Shown one piece after another: positions 1-15,835 of a stretch of DNA of 64,000 bases (the stretch's first letter is position 1; each line of letters starts with the position of its first letter). The notes beneath the pieces were generated by a model. It saw nothing but the letters and a program-made list of their open reading frames with translations. It was not told the DNA's origin and ran no database searches. The stretch is taken from assembly GCA_964016885.1 (NCBI GenBank), contig OZ024743.1:217992001-218056000 (forward strand), read 5' to 3'. This stretch comes from Eledone cirrhosa (Eukaryota). The position numbers and the translations under genes were made by a program.

Positions 1-824
1 TATAATTTCTCTGTTCAAAATCGCTTCAGTTTGATTGTTCCACTAATTACAAACAACGTGATAAAATAATTGACAATTCGCCATAGACTTAATATGTGGT
101 TGATGGTAAATATTTTGTAACTTACTAATAACAGTCGATGTATTAGGTGAGGTAACGTAGTATATGCATACGTGTTAATGTAGTAATAAATGTATAAGAT
201 ATTTTGCAGTCATAGATTAATTGTATCACGTCATCTAAAATATGTTATCGGATATGAAAGTTATCTAATTTGAAATTGAATGAGTTTGAATTGAAGTAAG
301 AATTCGTAATCACTGAGCTATTGATATCTAGGTGTTAGTCAAATAACGTATTGAGAAGAATATTTAGAGTGATAAGTGGGTAACTAAAAATGAAAGAGGG
401 CTGGATAGTTTTTAGTGTTTTTCATAAAACGTTTGCATAAAGAATTTTTTCTAAATTCATAGACATCAAAGATGTGAGCAACTTTGAATATGCTCGGCAG
501 CAATGGAGCAGCCTAAAGTTTTGAAGAAAGCGTTTGGTTCCTTTCTGAATCTATATCTATTATCGTGGCTTCAAGCTTTGCAACAATAAAACTATCACTT
601 CTATAAATACCTCATAAAATAAATAATTCTTCATAGAGAACGCAGCTATATATCTATATATTTTACAAGGTCACTGACCTCTAACCGAACCAGCTAATAT
701 TTTTCTTAATCCATATTACATCATGTAAATTAATTTCGAGTTTTTAGGGTTTGTTATAACTTCGGGCTAGTTCAGGATAGTAAATAGAATAGATTCAAAT
801 ATAATCAAGTAACATTCCATAACA

Positions 825-1030
825 TTCGAGGATGGGCTGGAAAGTTCATACGCAGACGATGAAGGAGTGATGCTAGTGATGGCTGTGAAATATTGCATGC
901 ATTAATTTCAACTCTTCTTGTTAATAACTGCATTGTTTCTTTCCATGGATTATGTTGAGAAATAAATTTCATTTGGTCATTCCATGAGAGTCTCTTGGTC
1001 AGCCTATGGACTTTTCAGTTGATTCTTGTA
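825..1030 (+). mobile_element. Mariner/Tc1-type MITE (~200 bp), copy 1, degenerate
   Basis: Imperfect TIRs cgaggatgggctggaaagttcata ... tatggacttttcagttgattcttgta; the internal sequence matches copies at 34914 and 56676. Confidence 0.7.
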
Positions 1031-1471
1031 TAACTGGCACAAACTTTATGGCAGAATTAATATTCTTACAGAGGGTTATGTTCGACTTCCGTGGTGAGTA
1101 AAATTCAGTTTGAGGCCATTGAGAATAAGGTAAGAACTGCGGGAGAGCAGTGCATTCATTCTACCATCCATATTTCATTCTGTTGCAATATATTTTTTGT
1201 TATAGTATTAACATGATACTTTTTATACGTATTTGAGATAGTGTAAGATAAAAGAGAGTTCTATGTGTGTTTGTTAACTTCGTATAGATTTTAGGCTTAT
1301 CAGATTTAACAAAAATATCGTAGCTAGACTTCAACAGAATAAACCGCAGAAAATGTTTAGTCGATCATATCGAAATAGTACTTATTTCCGTCTGGTGATT
1401 TTAGCAATATCTATATAATCGTATTTGATATTAAGAGACACAATCCTACACACTAATATATATTAGTTAAA

Positions 1472-1692
1472 AGGGCGGTGGATTGGCAGTATCGGTAGAA
1501 TGTCGGACCTCATGCTTTGCAGCATGGAGTTACGGTTCTTTACGGTCTAAGTTCAAATCCTGCCGAGGTTAGTTTTCCCTTTCATCCTTATGAGGTCGAT
1601 AAAATAAAGTACCAGTAATACACAGGGGGCGATTAAATCGATCCCTTCCCCCCTCCCCTCAAACAATTGCTGAACTTGTGCCTATAGTAGAA
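1472..1692 (+). mobile_element. tRNA-derived SINE, family A (core ctttcatcctt..ggtcgataaaataaagtaccag)
   Basis: A-box-like tggcagtatcggtaga, B-box gttcaaatcc, conserved core, tail ttgtgcctatagtagaa; at least 10 related copies in the window. Confidence 0.85.
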
Positions 1693-2112
1693 CGACAAAC
1701 TCCTGCATATATATTTCTAAATGTTTACGACGGGATTCAGTGTAGTTTCTCTCTATCAGTATCTAGTCGCATGACATGGGTTCTGGTCAACAGAAAACAA
1801 CACTTGGATGCAAAACATTAAATACTTAATCTATGTAGTGAAGGATGATCTTTCGTTTGACACTGATGATGATCGCTTTTGTTTGTCCTTTTCTGCGATA
1901 TGTCTGTGTTTTGTGTGTTGTGTGCGTGCGTATATATATGTGTGTGTGTGTACGTGTGCGTATGTGCGTGTTAGACAAAGATATTGAAAATTCTAAATTT
2001 CCATTCGTTCGGAAGATACTTTTCAAAAAATATCAGTAAATGACGATAGCATATTTAAAACACTTTTGTTTGAGATAAAATGCTTTGCAGAGAAAACTCA
2101 TTGTGAAGATTT

Positions 2113-2117
2113 AAAAA
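2113..2117 (-). terminator. Putative Pol III terminator (T5) for tRNA-Ile
   Basis: aaaaa on + equals TTTTT on -, about 25 nt downstream of the tRNA 3' end. Confidence 0.55.
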
Positions 2118-2141
2118 CATAATATAATATATGCATAAACA

Positions 2142-2215
2142 TGGCCAGTATGGGACTCGAACCCACGACATTCGCGTTATTAGCACGACGCTCTAACCGA
2201 CTGAGCTAACCGGCC
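2142..2215 (-). tRNA. tRNA-Ile-AAT: tRNA-Ile (anticodon AAT)
   Basis: Reverse complement GGCCGGTTAGCTCAGTCGGTTAGAGCGTCGTGCTAATAACGCGAATGTCGTGGGTTCGAGTCCCATACTGGCCA folds into a full cloverleaf: acceptor GGCCGGT/ACTGGCC, D arm GCTC/GAGC, anticodon stem TCGTG/CGCGA around CT-AAT-AA, T arm GTGGG-TTCGAGT-CCCAT. A T5 run lies downstream. Confidence 0.97.
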
Positions 2216-2242
2216 AGATGAAATTGCTTGGAATATTGTAAA

Positions 2243-3116
2243 TCTATATATATAAAGCTGTGGTTGTCTGTCTGTCTATCGATTTTTGGCACACCTCTTA
2301 GAATCTCTGACGGAATTGCACTGAAATTGCTATACTTGTACATTGAGCCCTAGCGAAGACATCGGAAAAAAATATTTCAAATTGACCCACCCTATGTGAC
2401 GAAATCGAATCTAATGTATCGATTTTTGAGCGTAAGTGACGAGTTATTTCCCTTTGTTCTATATATATAAAGCTGTGGTTGTCTGTCTGCCTATCGATTT
2501 TTGGCACACATCTCCTCTTAGAATCTCTGACGGAATTGCACCGAAATTGTTATACTTGTACATTGAGCCCTAGCGAAGACATCGGGAAAAAAATATTTCA
2601 AATTGACCCACCCTATGTGACGAAATCGAATCTAATGTATCGATTTTTGAGCGTAAGTGACGAGTTATTTCCCTTTGTTCTGTTTACATTGAGCGTCTAC
2701 GTTCTGTTTACATTTTCTGCGTGCAAAAATTAAAAAAATTACGCTGGCTTTCTCAGCGTTTAAAATGACATTAACACAATACACGAACAGTTGTCGAGCC
2801 AGCAAAATTTTGACCTGCAAAATTCATCAGTTCGAACACTAAGCTTCCGTTTTGCTTCATTTCCATTTAAAAGCCTTTTAAAACAATATTTTTACTTGAA
2901 AACAAGTCTATTTAAAGACTACGTAAAACAAGCAAATATTTCGTAAAAAAAAGCAAAAATTATATAAGTTTATTTAAAATATATGTATCTGTAAATTTCG
3001 TTAGGCGTGCAGACAGACAGTCGTGCAGACAGACTTTAAGCCAAAAAAGAAACTTAACATTGTAACTTTAACACAGCTACTGAGCGACCCCGAGCAACGC
3101 CGGGCTTTACTGCTAG
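2243..3116 (+). mobile_element. Non-autonomous Helitron with a tandemly duplicated 5' end
   Basis: 5' A^TCTATATATATAAAG, 3' subterminal hairpin cccgagcaacgccggg followed by CTAG^T (AT target, no TSD). GTCT repeats near the 5' end and AGAC repeats near the 3' end. The first ~215 bp (2243-2457) are repeated at 2458-~2680. Confidence 0.85.
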
Positions 3117-4059
3117 TACATAAATAAAATTGTTTCAATTATAATTGCCCCACATTCATATTCGTAATTTCTGTATAAATAACAGGGAACTCAAACCAAT
3201 AAATAAATGTGTTTGTATAGATGTAGAAGTCAAACTCACTTTCTTCAATTTGGTGTTTATGACTACTCTTATTTATGGTTAAAAATCTTGAGTAATGACC
3301 GAAAGAATACGATCGCAAATATAAGAGGCCAACATGGGGTTTTCCTCCTAAGAGTTTTTGGTATAACGTTAGATCAGAAATCAGGGAATCTCTCCAGATA
3401 GAGTCACTACTTCTCTGATGTGTTGGTAGTGGTGATGCTGGAGATGACGGCGGTGGAGTGGTGATAATGACGATAAGGAGAAAAAGGAGGAACAACACCG
3501 ACACAAACATTCACATGCGGGAACATGATAGTATTGAATATATGGCGAAGACAAATCGAGTGAGATATACCGCGTGGAAGGCTTACAGTATTTTTAATTT
3601 TATTAAGGTAGTCTGTAAGATAATTTCCGGATTAGTGGAAAAACGTTAGCGGACAAAAGTGAGTACAGAGGGGTTGCGTTATAAAGAGTATGCGATGTGT
3701 TACATGTTGGTATATTTTGATGAAAATATTTTTGTCTCAGCTTCACTGCTATTTGTGGTGATCTAATGTGCTTTTCGGGTGTATGTATAAGAATTAGTAC
3801 CGGGATGGGGAGTGGAAACGATTAAAGAAACATCCCTTGAGTTGAAGAAGTTGGCAGAGATCTTTTCATGTTTTAAGAACCTTGGCACCTCGGCCCTGAG
3901 TAGACAACATGTCTGGAGTTTGGGGAATAAGGTCTGAATCTTTCGAATATTTGTCATTTGATGGAGTAGGTTGCATTGCTATTGTTTATTGTGGCTACAG
4001 CGCTGGGTACCTGAAAGTCGATTTTCGTTCGAAACCTGCCTCCGACATACCAACCTTAA

Positions 4060-4785
<726 letters not shown>

Positions 4786-5091
4786 CATGCACTTAAGTAT
4801 ATCACTTTGTAATTCTATCCAAAATCGTTCTATAACTTTAAAAAAGGAAAACAATTTTGTTAACACTTCCTTTCGTTTCGCTTCGTTTCTTTTCATTTTT
4901 GTTTCACCCTTCTTATTTATGGCTTTCTATTTTATTACTTACTTGTGTCTTTGTTGCTCTACACTAATATGTCGCTTATATAATACGCATTCTTTTCAAT
5001 CTGTTTATATTTATTGCAACTTTTGAAAGTGTCATTCCAATAACCTAATGGAATACCAGAAACATCTACATAATAATTTTCACTCAATCTT

Positions 5092-5181
<90 letters not shown>

Positions 5182-7838
5182 CAGCTATCTACCTGGCTAG
5201 CTTAGTAACGGATTGAACTAGGTAGGTATTGAACTATATTTTGATAAATCCTTCTACACATCTATTTATGTCTATCTTTATACGCATTTATATGTGAGAA
5301 TGTTGTTTTGTGGGTTTCTCTGTATGTGCTCACATACACAATCGCATAAATACATGGCCACACAAACGCGTATATTAACGGGCGTACGCATATATCTGTC
5401 TTTCTATCTCTCTCTCTCTCTATATATATATATGTTTGTGTGTGTGTGTGTGTGTGTGTCTTTGTGTATGTTTGTGAGAGGGTGTAACACTTTTCTTTTA
5501 AGCATTATATTGAGCTCACCATTCTCTAATCTTTTTCATGTGTGACTTCTACAATGAGTTTGAGACAACAATATTCCTGAATCAATATAGAATTTCATCT
5601 CATTTTTTTAACGAAAACATTTGTTAGTGGTTTTTTTTATGGGGGGGGGGGGGGTTATTTTATTAAAAGGGTATAATGCCAATGGTATTTTACCGATGTA
5701 GTCAGATTAAAACATTTTGCAGTTACCTCCTAATTATTTCCAGTAATCTGCACCTGTTTTCTTTTTAATCCCACACATAAAAAATAGAAATCATGTAAAT
5801 AGTAAAACACACACTGAAATTTACAGACAGAAACACCCTAGAAATAAGCTAAGAATAGTTAACGGCAAAGATTTGAAATCCAGAGTAGCAGCAGTTCAAT
5901 GAAACATTCTACCCACTATAACAACTCGGCAATAAAAACAACTTCACTATCTAGGAGCCATAGAAATTTGCATATATTTTAATTTTAGACGACGTGAGAG
6001 AAGGAAGAACAATTACACCTTGCGACAATGGTACGATGAAATAAAGATGTTATTCTCAGAACTAAAACTTATGTCTGTATCAAAAAGTATAGATCAGAAG
6101 ACATAGTTTCACTACCAGCGACCAAAGTGCAACTGGTTAGTTTTTTCATTGTTTTGCATTTTTCATTCTTACACGCATTCATTTTGTTTTTTCCCCTATA
6201 TGCGATTACTTGTTGACTCTTCTTGGCATGCGCCTAATATGATATTTCAATTGTTATTTCTCATTCAACTTTTCAGGACCGTTTTTCTAAGTGTTTACGC
6301 TTGTAAATATTCTGTATTTGCTGGTTAATTTTTTTTTTATGTGCATACATACATTGCACCACACTTTTGCCACTTTATTGAATAGTTTTCATCATGTCTG
6401 TGCCTTTTCAGGTCTGTTGATCGACACTTTGTACGTCGGATGTTAACTCATATTCTCTGTGCCCTTGTCAGCTGCAACTTGCCTCTATTGGACCCCTGGT
6501 CGGTCATGTAATTAATAGACAAATTTGCCTGTCTTTGAAACGCACCAATATGTCACACTGTCGCCCTTGATAACATTAGCAAATGCTTACGACATGCTAG
6601 GCACATACAGCTTCAACCTTTTCTTCCATGGCTACTACTGAGTCACACTACACATTCACCAACACAAGTGCTTTCTATAATTTTGAACTTGTTTCACTTT
6701 GATTCACTTTGCTGTTCCTGAAATATTTACTAACAGTTATGTAGTGTTTTGCCTTTTCTTACACTCTTGTGAACATGTTCTTTGTATAAATATATTTGCT
6801 TTTGCTTCGCATTTTTTTATATTGTATCTACTTTCAGTCTGCCAAGGGATAAGTGTACTGAAACAGCAAAGTACTATTTTATCGCTGCGGCGTAATTTTG
6901 TCGTGCTTGGTCATTCGCCAGCCCTGTAGGGTTGGTGACGTATGAATACCAATGACCATTTCCGACCAGCAGTAGAACACGCCTTTTGCAAAACTAACCA
7001 ATTGCACGTTGGACGCTGGTAGTGAAACTATGCCTTTTCATCTATATTTTTCAATACATTGGAACACTTCTTATACCTCTCCATCTTCCTAAAGTGTCAA
7101 TCGTGCTAAGGGTGATAATGGCCACTAAATGTCTAATAGCCACAGATTTTAATTCGTGTATGGAATATAAGAGTCTTGAATACTATTGTAGCTTTAAACA
7201 TAAGGTCATTTTCAGAGAAAGGTTTTGAAATCACAGATCTTTCATTGGAAACATTTAGAAAAGAAATCATGATTCCAGCACGTTCTCTTTGTAGGTGTAA
7301 AAATAAAGATACTTGTCATCTGATGAATAACCAACAAACTGTGAAAATTTATAGGCTATCTTTTTAAAGTCTCTGTGTACGAAGACGATATCAAAATGTA
7401 TCTATACTGGATCCTTTTCATAGTGCGGCTTATATTTTAAAACTATATTTAGATCTAGATTAAATTATTGTTAGGTTTTTCTAATATACGCTGTGGTGTG
7501 CATAAGTCTTTATTCGTTAAATTAAGTAGCCAAACGAGTTCCGTCATGCAAATTAAACTGGTCATTTTACTTATGTTCTAGTTTGTGTTTGACATAAATA
7601 GCGATTGCTATAAGTTCTCTTCTGATATACAGCCAACTAGATATGAAAGATTTAAAAGCTATCTCTTTTGTTCAGTGTATGCCGGGAGGAAAGCAAAATG
7701 TCTTTACACTTATTGCTCTTCACAGTAACGCATATAGTTTAAATCTACCTTCGATAAATATATCACCTAGGATTTTATCTAACATACGTTGTGTTGGGCA
7801 TAAATATTTATTCTATACATAGATACATATGTGTGCAC

Positions 7839-7893
<55 letters not shown>

Positions 7894-8373
7894 TGTTTGT
7901 GTATATATGTTTATATATGTATGTGTATGTTTATATATGTATGTATCCGTGTATCTATGTATGTATCTATCGATCGCCATGTGCCTTCCACAAGAAATTA
8001 ACAGAATCGTTGAAAATCTGGTAACACGAAAGTATGGTAGCACGCGGTATTTGTATAAAGCCGAAATAAAAATACCAAAATAAACATATAAATAGATATA
8101 TACATACAATATAAAACTAAATAGAACACAAAAGGAAAATGCATTAGAGTAATTGAATTCAGTGTATCAAATGATCCCTTTCCACAAGTTTACAGTTTAA
8201 TAATGCATTATATGACTGTAGCTAGTTGAAGCTAAACTGGAAAACAATATGGTCTTCTTTTTATTTATTTACTTATGAGATTTTCTGCTCGCTTTTCCCG
8301 CTCGCTCTGTTATATTGCACATTTATGTTCCTACTGCTATTGTACTTTCTACTTCAATTATTTTGTCCCCGCA

Positions 8374-8890
8374 AACATACACACACACAAGCACACTCAC
8401 ACATACCCACATACACACACACAGGCACTCTCACACACGTTCGCACACACACACTGGCTCATACACGCAGGCACTCGTCCACACGTTCGGACACACATAC
8501 ATTCTGACAAACACATACACACGTGGCCATACACACATGTTCACACATACAGATACGCTAACACACATTCACACGTTTACACACACACACACATACAGGC
8601 TCACAAACACACACGCTCACACGCACAGAAGCACATAGAAACGCTCACACACACATGTCCGATCATACGCACGTCCACACACACAGATGCTCACACACAC
8701 AAAAGCTCACACAAACAGCAGTGACACACACGCACACACACCCATACACACGCGCACAAACTCACAGACACACACTCACACACGTACACTCACACTCACA
8801 CGCTCACACACACGTTCACACTCACACTACGCACGCTCATACACACACGCATACACATACACACAACTACTCAAATATCACACGTATCAC
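8374..8890. repeat. Degenerate (CA)n low-complexity tract
   Basis: Direct reading. Confidence 0.9.
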
Positions 8891-9214
8891 GCTAGGAAGA
8901 GACAAAAATATCAAGCATTAAGAATAACGAACAAAGAGCATATATATTTCTCAGTTGTGGATGGCAGAATAAGTATATTACACTATAGACATACACTTAC
9001 ACTATCGAGAAATATATATTCTCGTTGTTCGTTCTTATTATTTCCTGATATTCTCATCTCTACAGCTCTTTTACATATTGTTATCCTTGCCTTCTAGTCG
9101 TTTTTGCTTTCTTCATTGCCTGTATATGTCATTGTTTGCGCATTTCTTCAATTTAGAATATTTTAAAGCTACCTTATTCTCTTTCTTATTCTACTTTGTT
9201 GCTGGTGGTGATAC

Positions 9215-9273
9215 CACTTCCATCACTACAACTATTACTATTACTTATTACTGTTACTGTTGTTGCTGCTGCG

Positions 9274-9339
<66 letters not shown>

Positions 9340-9346
9340 GCCACTG

Positions 9347-9377
<31 letters not shown>

Positions 9378-9507
9378 CACTACCACTTTCACCACCACCA
9401 CTACTACTACTATTACCACTACTACCACCACCATGAGCACTACTACTATCACCATCACCACCACTACTGCTACTAATACTAATACTAATACTAATACCAT
9501 TACTACT
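9215..9507. repeat. (CTA)n/(CCA)n trinucleotide microsatellite
   Basis: Direct reading. Confidence 0.95.
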
Positions 9508-10374
9508 GGGTTACTGGTATTTTTTTATTGAGTTAATTTTTATAACAAATGTTCTCATTTTCGTTAGATTTTATTTCAATTGAAGGGGTATGTGTATTTT
9601 TTAATATTTTTATTATGAACAATATGTAAAGGAATATTTTAATTATAATTTTTAATATTAAAATGATATTAAAGAAAATCAATATTTGCGTGATGGGGTG
9701 GGGTCATTTTATCGTTTAGGCAGCGATAACATAAAGTAATATTCTAGTAATCTAATTGGAGATATAGTCGACATCTTTCACCAAATGATAGACATTGACA
9801 CTCATTATTCCTCACTGAACATACACTAAAGTCAGTGTTTGGTCTTGTGATGCAATATTTAGACAGAAACGCAAGTATCACTACCTTTGCTCGTTTGAGG
9901 TAAAGAATGGACAGGTAATGTGTGAGAAAAGCAATCATAAAGTTGATTGGAGTCTGCATGGAACTGTAGGCCCTTCTGGTCTCTAATGACCTCAAAACTA
10001 TGCAGTATTTATATTCCTTTATAGGTGCAGATATGAAGATGTTCAAAGCCGTAATGCACGCAAGGAAGACTAACCACTTCAATTATCGGATCGAAAGTCA
10101 TTTAAGGACTTTCTGTACAGAACTATTAGAAAAGCAAACGAGAAAATAAAGAAAATGGACAACAGAAAGAGCATCAACAACAGCAGTTCCAAGAGACCCA
10201 CTGGTTACAACAGAGGATTAGAATTTATTTTTCCGGCTAATAGCTAGCAAGCCTAAACCATTATCTTGCGACATTACAAAAGGAAAGGTTAACAGCTATT
10301 GCTTCTCCACTGTTCTAACAGTCATGGTCTTTTCATTTCTGATACAATCTACTGGCCGTAACTCCTAGCAGGAT

Positions 10375-10480
10375 GAGCAACGTGAAATAAAGTGTCTTGT
10401 TTAACACATCACCCGGTACCGGAATCGAACTCGCAACCTCAGTATTGCGAATCCAGTTCTGTAGCCACTAGGTCACGTGA
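10375..10480 (-). mobile_element. tRNA-derived CORE-type SINE fragment (family B)
   Basis: gagcaacgtgaaataaagtgtcttg core plus ggaatcgaactc (B-box, antisense); matches copies at 30375 and 30760. Confidence 0.75.
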
Positions 10481-11271
10481 TTCTCAATAGGACATATTAG
10501 ATAATATATTATTTCCGGGAAGATCACGGCTGGAATGCTTATACACATCAGACCTGACAAGGGACTATACAACAACCAATGAGTAATGATTTCTTTTTAC
10601 AATTACCCTAACTGTGCCTTAGAGACCCTTTTAAAATGTATTGCTACTGTCGTTCGTTCAGATTTTGCGGTAGAAAAAAAAAAGTCGTTGCCATACCCCC
10701 CGCTCTAAATGTAAGTAATAATTTTAAAAGTTTCAGAATTAAAAATATAAAAATATCAACGATCAAAGAAATATTAAGCTCACTTGATATTGTTTTCTAA
10801 AAGAATTAATCTCACAATCTCTTGTATGAATAAGCATCTAAAATTACAACATAAACTAATTTATAGCACGGGGTCTCCGAACAACAACAAAGAACTGCTA
10901 AAGACAACATAGGTTACAAAATCGATAACAACAACAAATAAAGAAGCAACAGCAACAATAGTAATAACAGCAACAATAAAAACAGCTACAGCAACAATAA
11001 CAAGATTAAGAAAAAAACGTCGAGAACAATAAGATGCGAAATTAATAACAACAGCAGTAACAACAACGGTAGATCGATACTAAGAGCAATAACAATGATA
11101 GTTGCAGTGGTAACAAGAGTTGCAATGCTACCAAGAACAATGACAACGACAATAACAAACACACGAATTTGTTTTCCTATGGCTTAGACAAGAAAGAGAT
11201 GTGCCCATCACCTACACAGAAGATCAAGACTACTGTGATGTATTTAAAACAACTACTTTATGATAGTAATT

Positions 11272-11400
11272 TATGATTTAGGCACAGGGCCAACAATATT
11301 GAGGGATGAAACGGTCGTTTATATCGATCTCAGTAAGTAGCTGGTATTTTTTTAACGAACCTGGAAGGATAAAAGGCTCACTAAGGACCGCAGGAATCAA
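11272..11400 (-). mobile_element. SINE family A, degenerate 3' half
   Basis: ttaggcacagggccaacaat ... ctggtatttt..aacgaacctggaaggataaaaggc is the antisense of tail plus core. Confidence 0.6.
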
Positions 11401-11844
11401 AGATGAGAATGAATTTTTTTTTTTTTTTATTAGAGCACAGATATAAAAACTCCCGGCGGAAACTACCAAAATTGTGCAATAAAGCAGAATACTATAAGTA
11501 ACTTTTTTCCGAAGAGAGAACAGGGTGGGATTTTAATAAACTGGATATTATAAAATACCAATACACAAGAGATGGTATAAATATTTACTAGAAAATGTCT
11601 CAAAAGGCATATTCTGTTTAAACGATCTCACACAGATAGATTGATAAAAGCAAATCGAATGGAAAGCAAGGGCTTGTTGATTGACGGAGGAATTAATATT
11701 GCGAAGATATCAGCTCAAGAAATGTTGTTTTATAATACAGATAAATACATACCAAGCACCGCTCGATTTACACGCACTCTCAACATACAGCCAATTGTAC
11801 TACTCGGCTATACATATATTACTTAGTATAATCTCAATTCAAAT

Positions 11845-12190
11845 GTATGGTGTGGACCCATAAGTCCTGAAGGTATCGTAGAGGCGCTGCATTAACATAC
11901 AGCGTTTGGGGGGCTATCCTTGTTTGAAACTAGATAAGCCCATGTTCTCCCAATGCCTGAAAATAGCAGATTTTTTCCAAAGAAAGATAGAGCGAGTGAA
12001 AGAATGTGAGTGAGAAAGAAATATGGAGGAAGAATCGACCCAGTACTTGAATGGTACTTTTTTTATTGACTTCGAATGGATGAAAGGCAAAGTTGACCGC
12101 AGCAGGATTTGAACTACGAGAGCAGAAACTCAGAACCAATAACGCAAAGCCTTCTATCCGACGTTCTAATGACTCTGCCACTTCGTCGCC
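11845..12190 (-). mobile_element. SINE family A head/core with an alternative long 3' tail (subfamily A2)
   Basis: Antisense core ggatgaaaggcaaagttgacc..ggatttgaact; the tail is homologous to 13920-14098 and 39870-40040. Confidence 0.7.
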
Positions 12191-12711
12191 TTCTTCAGTT
12201 CAAGTACAAAATTCGACACGAAATATTGCACGTATCCAAGGCCCATATGGCGACGCTTAATCATTTTGTGGAAGCAGCGAATAAAAATAATGTCAATCAT
12301 GATAATTGAAAATGTAGTTAAAAAAGATGGGTTTCTTTCTACAGTAATAATTGCAGAATGATATTTGTGGTACTTTACTGGACGTAATGTGGTGTTGGTG
12401 GTGCACAGCTGCTGCTGCTGCTGCTGCTGTCATTGTTCCCGCAGCTGCGTCTACTAGGGTTGGTACAGGTTTGGGTGATTGTCCTCGGGATGGTGTTAGT
12501 AGAGGCAGGCGACTTATTTCAGTAATTAATGTCCAAGGGAGCTAGAACTGGCGTCAATTAAACGGATGGGAGATTATGGTTGGCGGAGAATATAAGTAGT
12601 GGGTCTGGCAATAGGACAGTGATGGTATATTTCATACTTCCATAGAAATATCAATCAACACATGATGATTTATGAAGAGAGGGACAGAGGAAGACGTACA
12701 TAGACACACAG

Positions 12712-13330
<619 letters not shown>

Positions 13331-13771
13331 GAGATAGAAGGGGAATAAATTGATCGAGCAAATAAATAGTTGTAAACTAGAGACAAGAAAAAATGTGTAA
13401 AGGGATGGATTGCAACCATATTTAATGTCCGACTCTTTCACATTGATAGTAATGGCGATGGTAGTAAAGGTGGCGGCGATGTAGGGTTTTACATTTTTGT
13501 GGGTGACGCGTTACCTGACGTTTTGATGTAACTGTTGGTGTTGTTGTTATTGTCATTGCTTTTGTTGATATGATGATGATGATGACGATGATGATGATGA
13601 TGACGATGATGATGATGATGATGATGATGACGATGATGACGATGAAAATGATGATGGTGGTGATGTTGATGATGATGATGATGCCTTTGCTGTTGTTATT
13701 ATTCTAGCTGTGGTTGCTGCTGCCCTTGCATTTGCGGCTGCATTTCCTGCTTTTGCATAAACTATTCTACG

Positions 13772-14098
13772 TGGTTGGCGGCGAATTGACCGAGGCGTTA
13801 GAACGTCAGATATAATGCTTTGCGGCATTCGCTTCGACTCTCCGCTCTCTGAGTTCAAATCCGACCGAGGTCAACTTTGCCTTTCAATCATTCCTGGTCA
13901 ATAAAAAGGTCAGTCAAAAGCTGAAATTTCTTCTTCTATATCTCTTTCTAACTTCCTCTTTCTCACTTTCTCTGAAAGAAATCTGTTGAATTCAGACATG
14001 AAGGTTATGAGCTCTGCCAGGTTTTAAAATGCCCTAGATACGTCGTATATCAATACGGCGCCTCTGCGATGCTCTCCGGAGTTACGGGACCATATCAT
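13772..14098 (+). mobile_element. SINE subfamily A2
   Basis: ggcggcgaattgaccgaggcgttagaacgtc..ctgagttcaaatccgaccgaggtcaactttgcctttca followed by the A2 tail. Confidence 0.75.
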
Positions 14099-14934
14099 TC
14101 TATGTGGTCATAAAATATTAAGGAGTAACAAACACGAAGCGTTGGAGTAGCAGCGAAGAATACTGTGTTGTTACTTGATAGTTGCTTCAAATATTGTCAT
14201 CATTCAAGTGAGTATGATTAGTTTCTGCCTTCAAATTTGGAAATTATTGCGATGTATTTCTAATATTCCCATGTCGGTTGTTAGAAATTGTAGAATTCAC
14301 AGGAATAAAGTCCGTCCATCAAGCACCATGTGGAGATAGGAACGTTGCCAAAATATTGTTGATGTTAGTACGTGAGGATGATAATAGCTACAACAAAAAA
14401 TACAACAAACATAATAATGATGATAATAATAATAATAGTAATAATAATAATAATTGTAATAATAATAATATTGTTATTCTTGTCGCCAGTTCCAAGTGGT
14501 ATCTGAGAGAAGATAAATGTTATTTATATAAATATAACTTTTATTTTCGATGCCTATCTTTGCTCCTCTTATACGTTGATAAATTAATATAGATGAAATA
14601 AATTAATATACATTCATGCACGCAAATACAATCACACATACACACACACTCACACATTCACATAAACACATACGCACACACACATACACACACACACACA
14701 CACACACGCGCGCGTGCAACGACATGTAGATAAATACTTATTTTCAATTATATATGATATATGAATATGTGAGATTGTGTGTAGTCACACACACACACAT
14801 ACACACACATATATATATACATATCTATATATATATATATATATACAGTGTGTGTGTATGTAAGTGTGTTTATTTGTATAATACACATACATCTATATAT
14901 ACATACTGATATCTATATGTGTGTGTGTGTGTGT

Positions 14935-14984
<50 letters not shown>

Positions 14985-15249
14985 TACCCTATGTGCACCC
15001 TACTAATGCAACCATTCATCATCTGATATCACACAAGGGATACAAACACCTATGCCCACGTATCAAATAGCAGCGGTGTGGGTGTGAATATATGAAAACG
15101 AAATGTGTGCATCGATCGTTTACTCTCCCTACATCAGTCCATCTCCCCCCCCCCATCTCTCTCTCTCTCTATCTCTCTCTCTTTCTTTCTTTCATTCTTA
15201 CTTTTTGTCTCGCTCTCTCTATCCCTCTCACTTCTGTCAATACTTAAAT

Positions 15250-15288
15250 ATATGTATATATATATATATATATAAATATATATATAAT

Positions 15289-15366
<78 letters not shown>

Positions 15367-15398
15367 TGAATATATATATGAATGTATATATATATATG

Positions 15399-15468
<70 letters not shown>

Positions 15469-15472
15469 TGTA

Positions 15473-15503
<31 letters not shown>

Positions 15504-15546
15504 GCATGTATATATGTATGTATATATATGTATGTATGTATGTATA
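15250..15546. repeat. (TA)n/(TATG)n microsatellite
   Basis: Direct reading. Confidence 0.97.
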
Positions 15547-15800
15547 AGTGGGCAGAGCAAATTAATAGAAATTATCTAATTATTCTTCAATGTCCCAACT
15601 GCACACCAATCGGATGAAATGAGGTCGAGACATTAAAGAAAAATTAAATAAATTTCTACTATCTATTTGCCTTTCCCACTCATAATTTTACAAAGCTCTG
15701 ACAAAATGAATGTTTATTTAATTAAGTCATTCATCGAGCAAAGTACGGTATGGACACCTTATATATGTGCATATACTTATGTATGCATATATCTATCTCT

Positions 15801-15834
<34 letters not shown>

Positions 15835-15835
<1 letters not shown>

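Noticed and set aside
1472-1570. SINE heads as additional tRNA genes
   Set aside because: They have A/B boxes but no cloverleaf and continue into the SINE core.
8005-8042. TTGAAAA...GAAA hammerhead-like spacing
   Set aside because: Stems I-III do not pair convincingly.
9078-9531. Poly-Y/H/T/V ORFs
   Set aside because: Trinucleotide repeat artefacts.
9744-10082. 112-aa ORF with a signal-peptide-like start
   Set aside because: Non-ATG start, no recognisable domain and no splice support.
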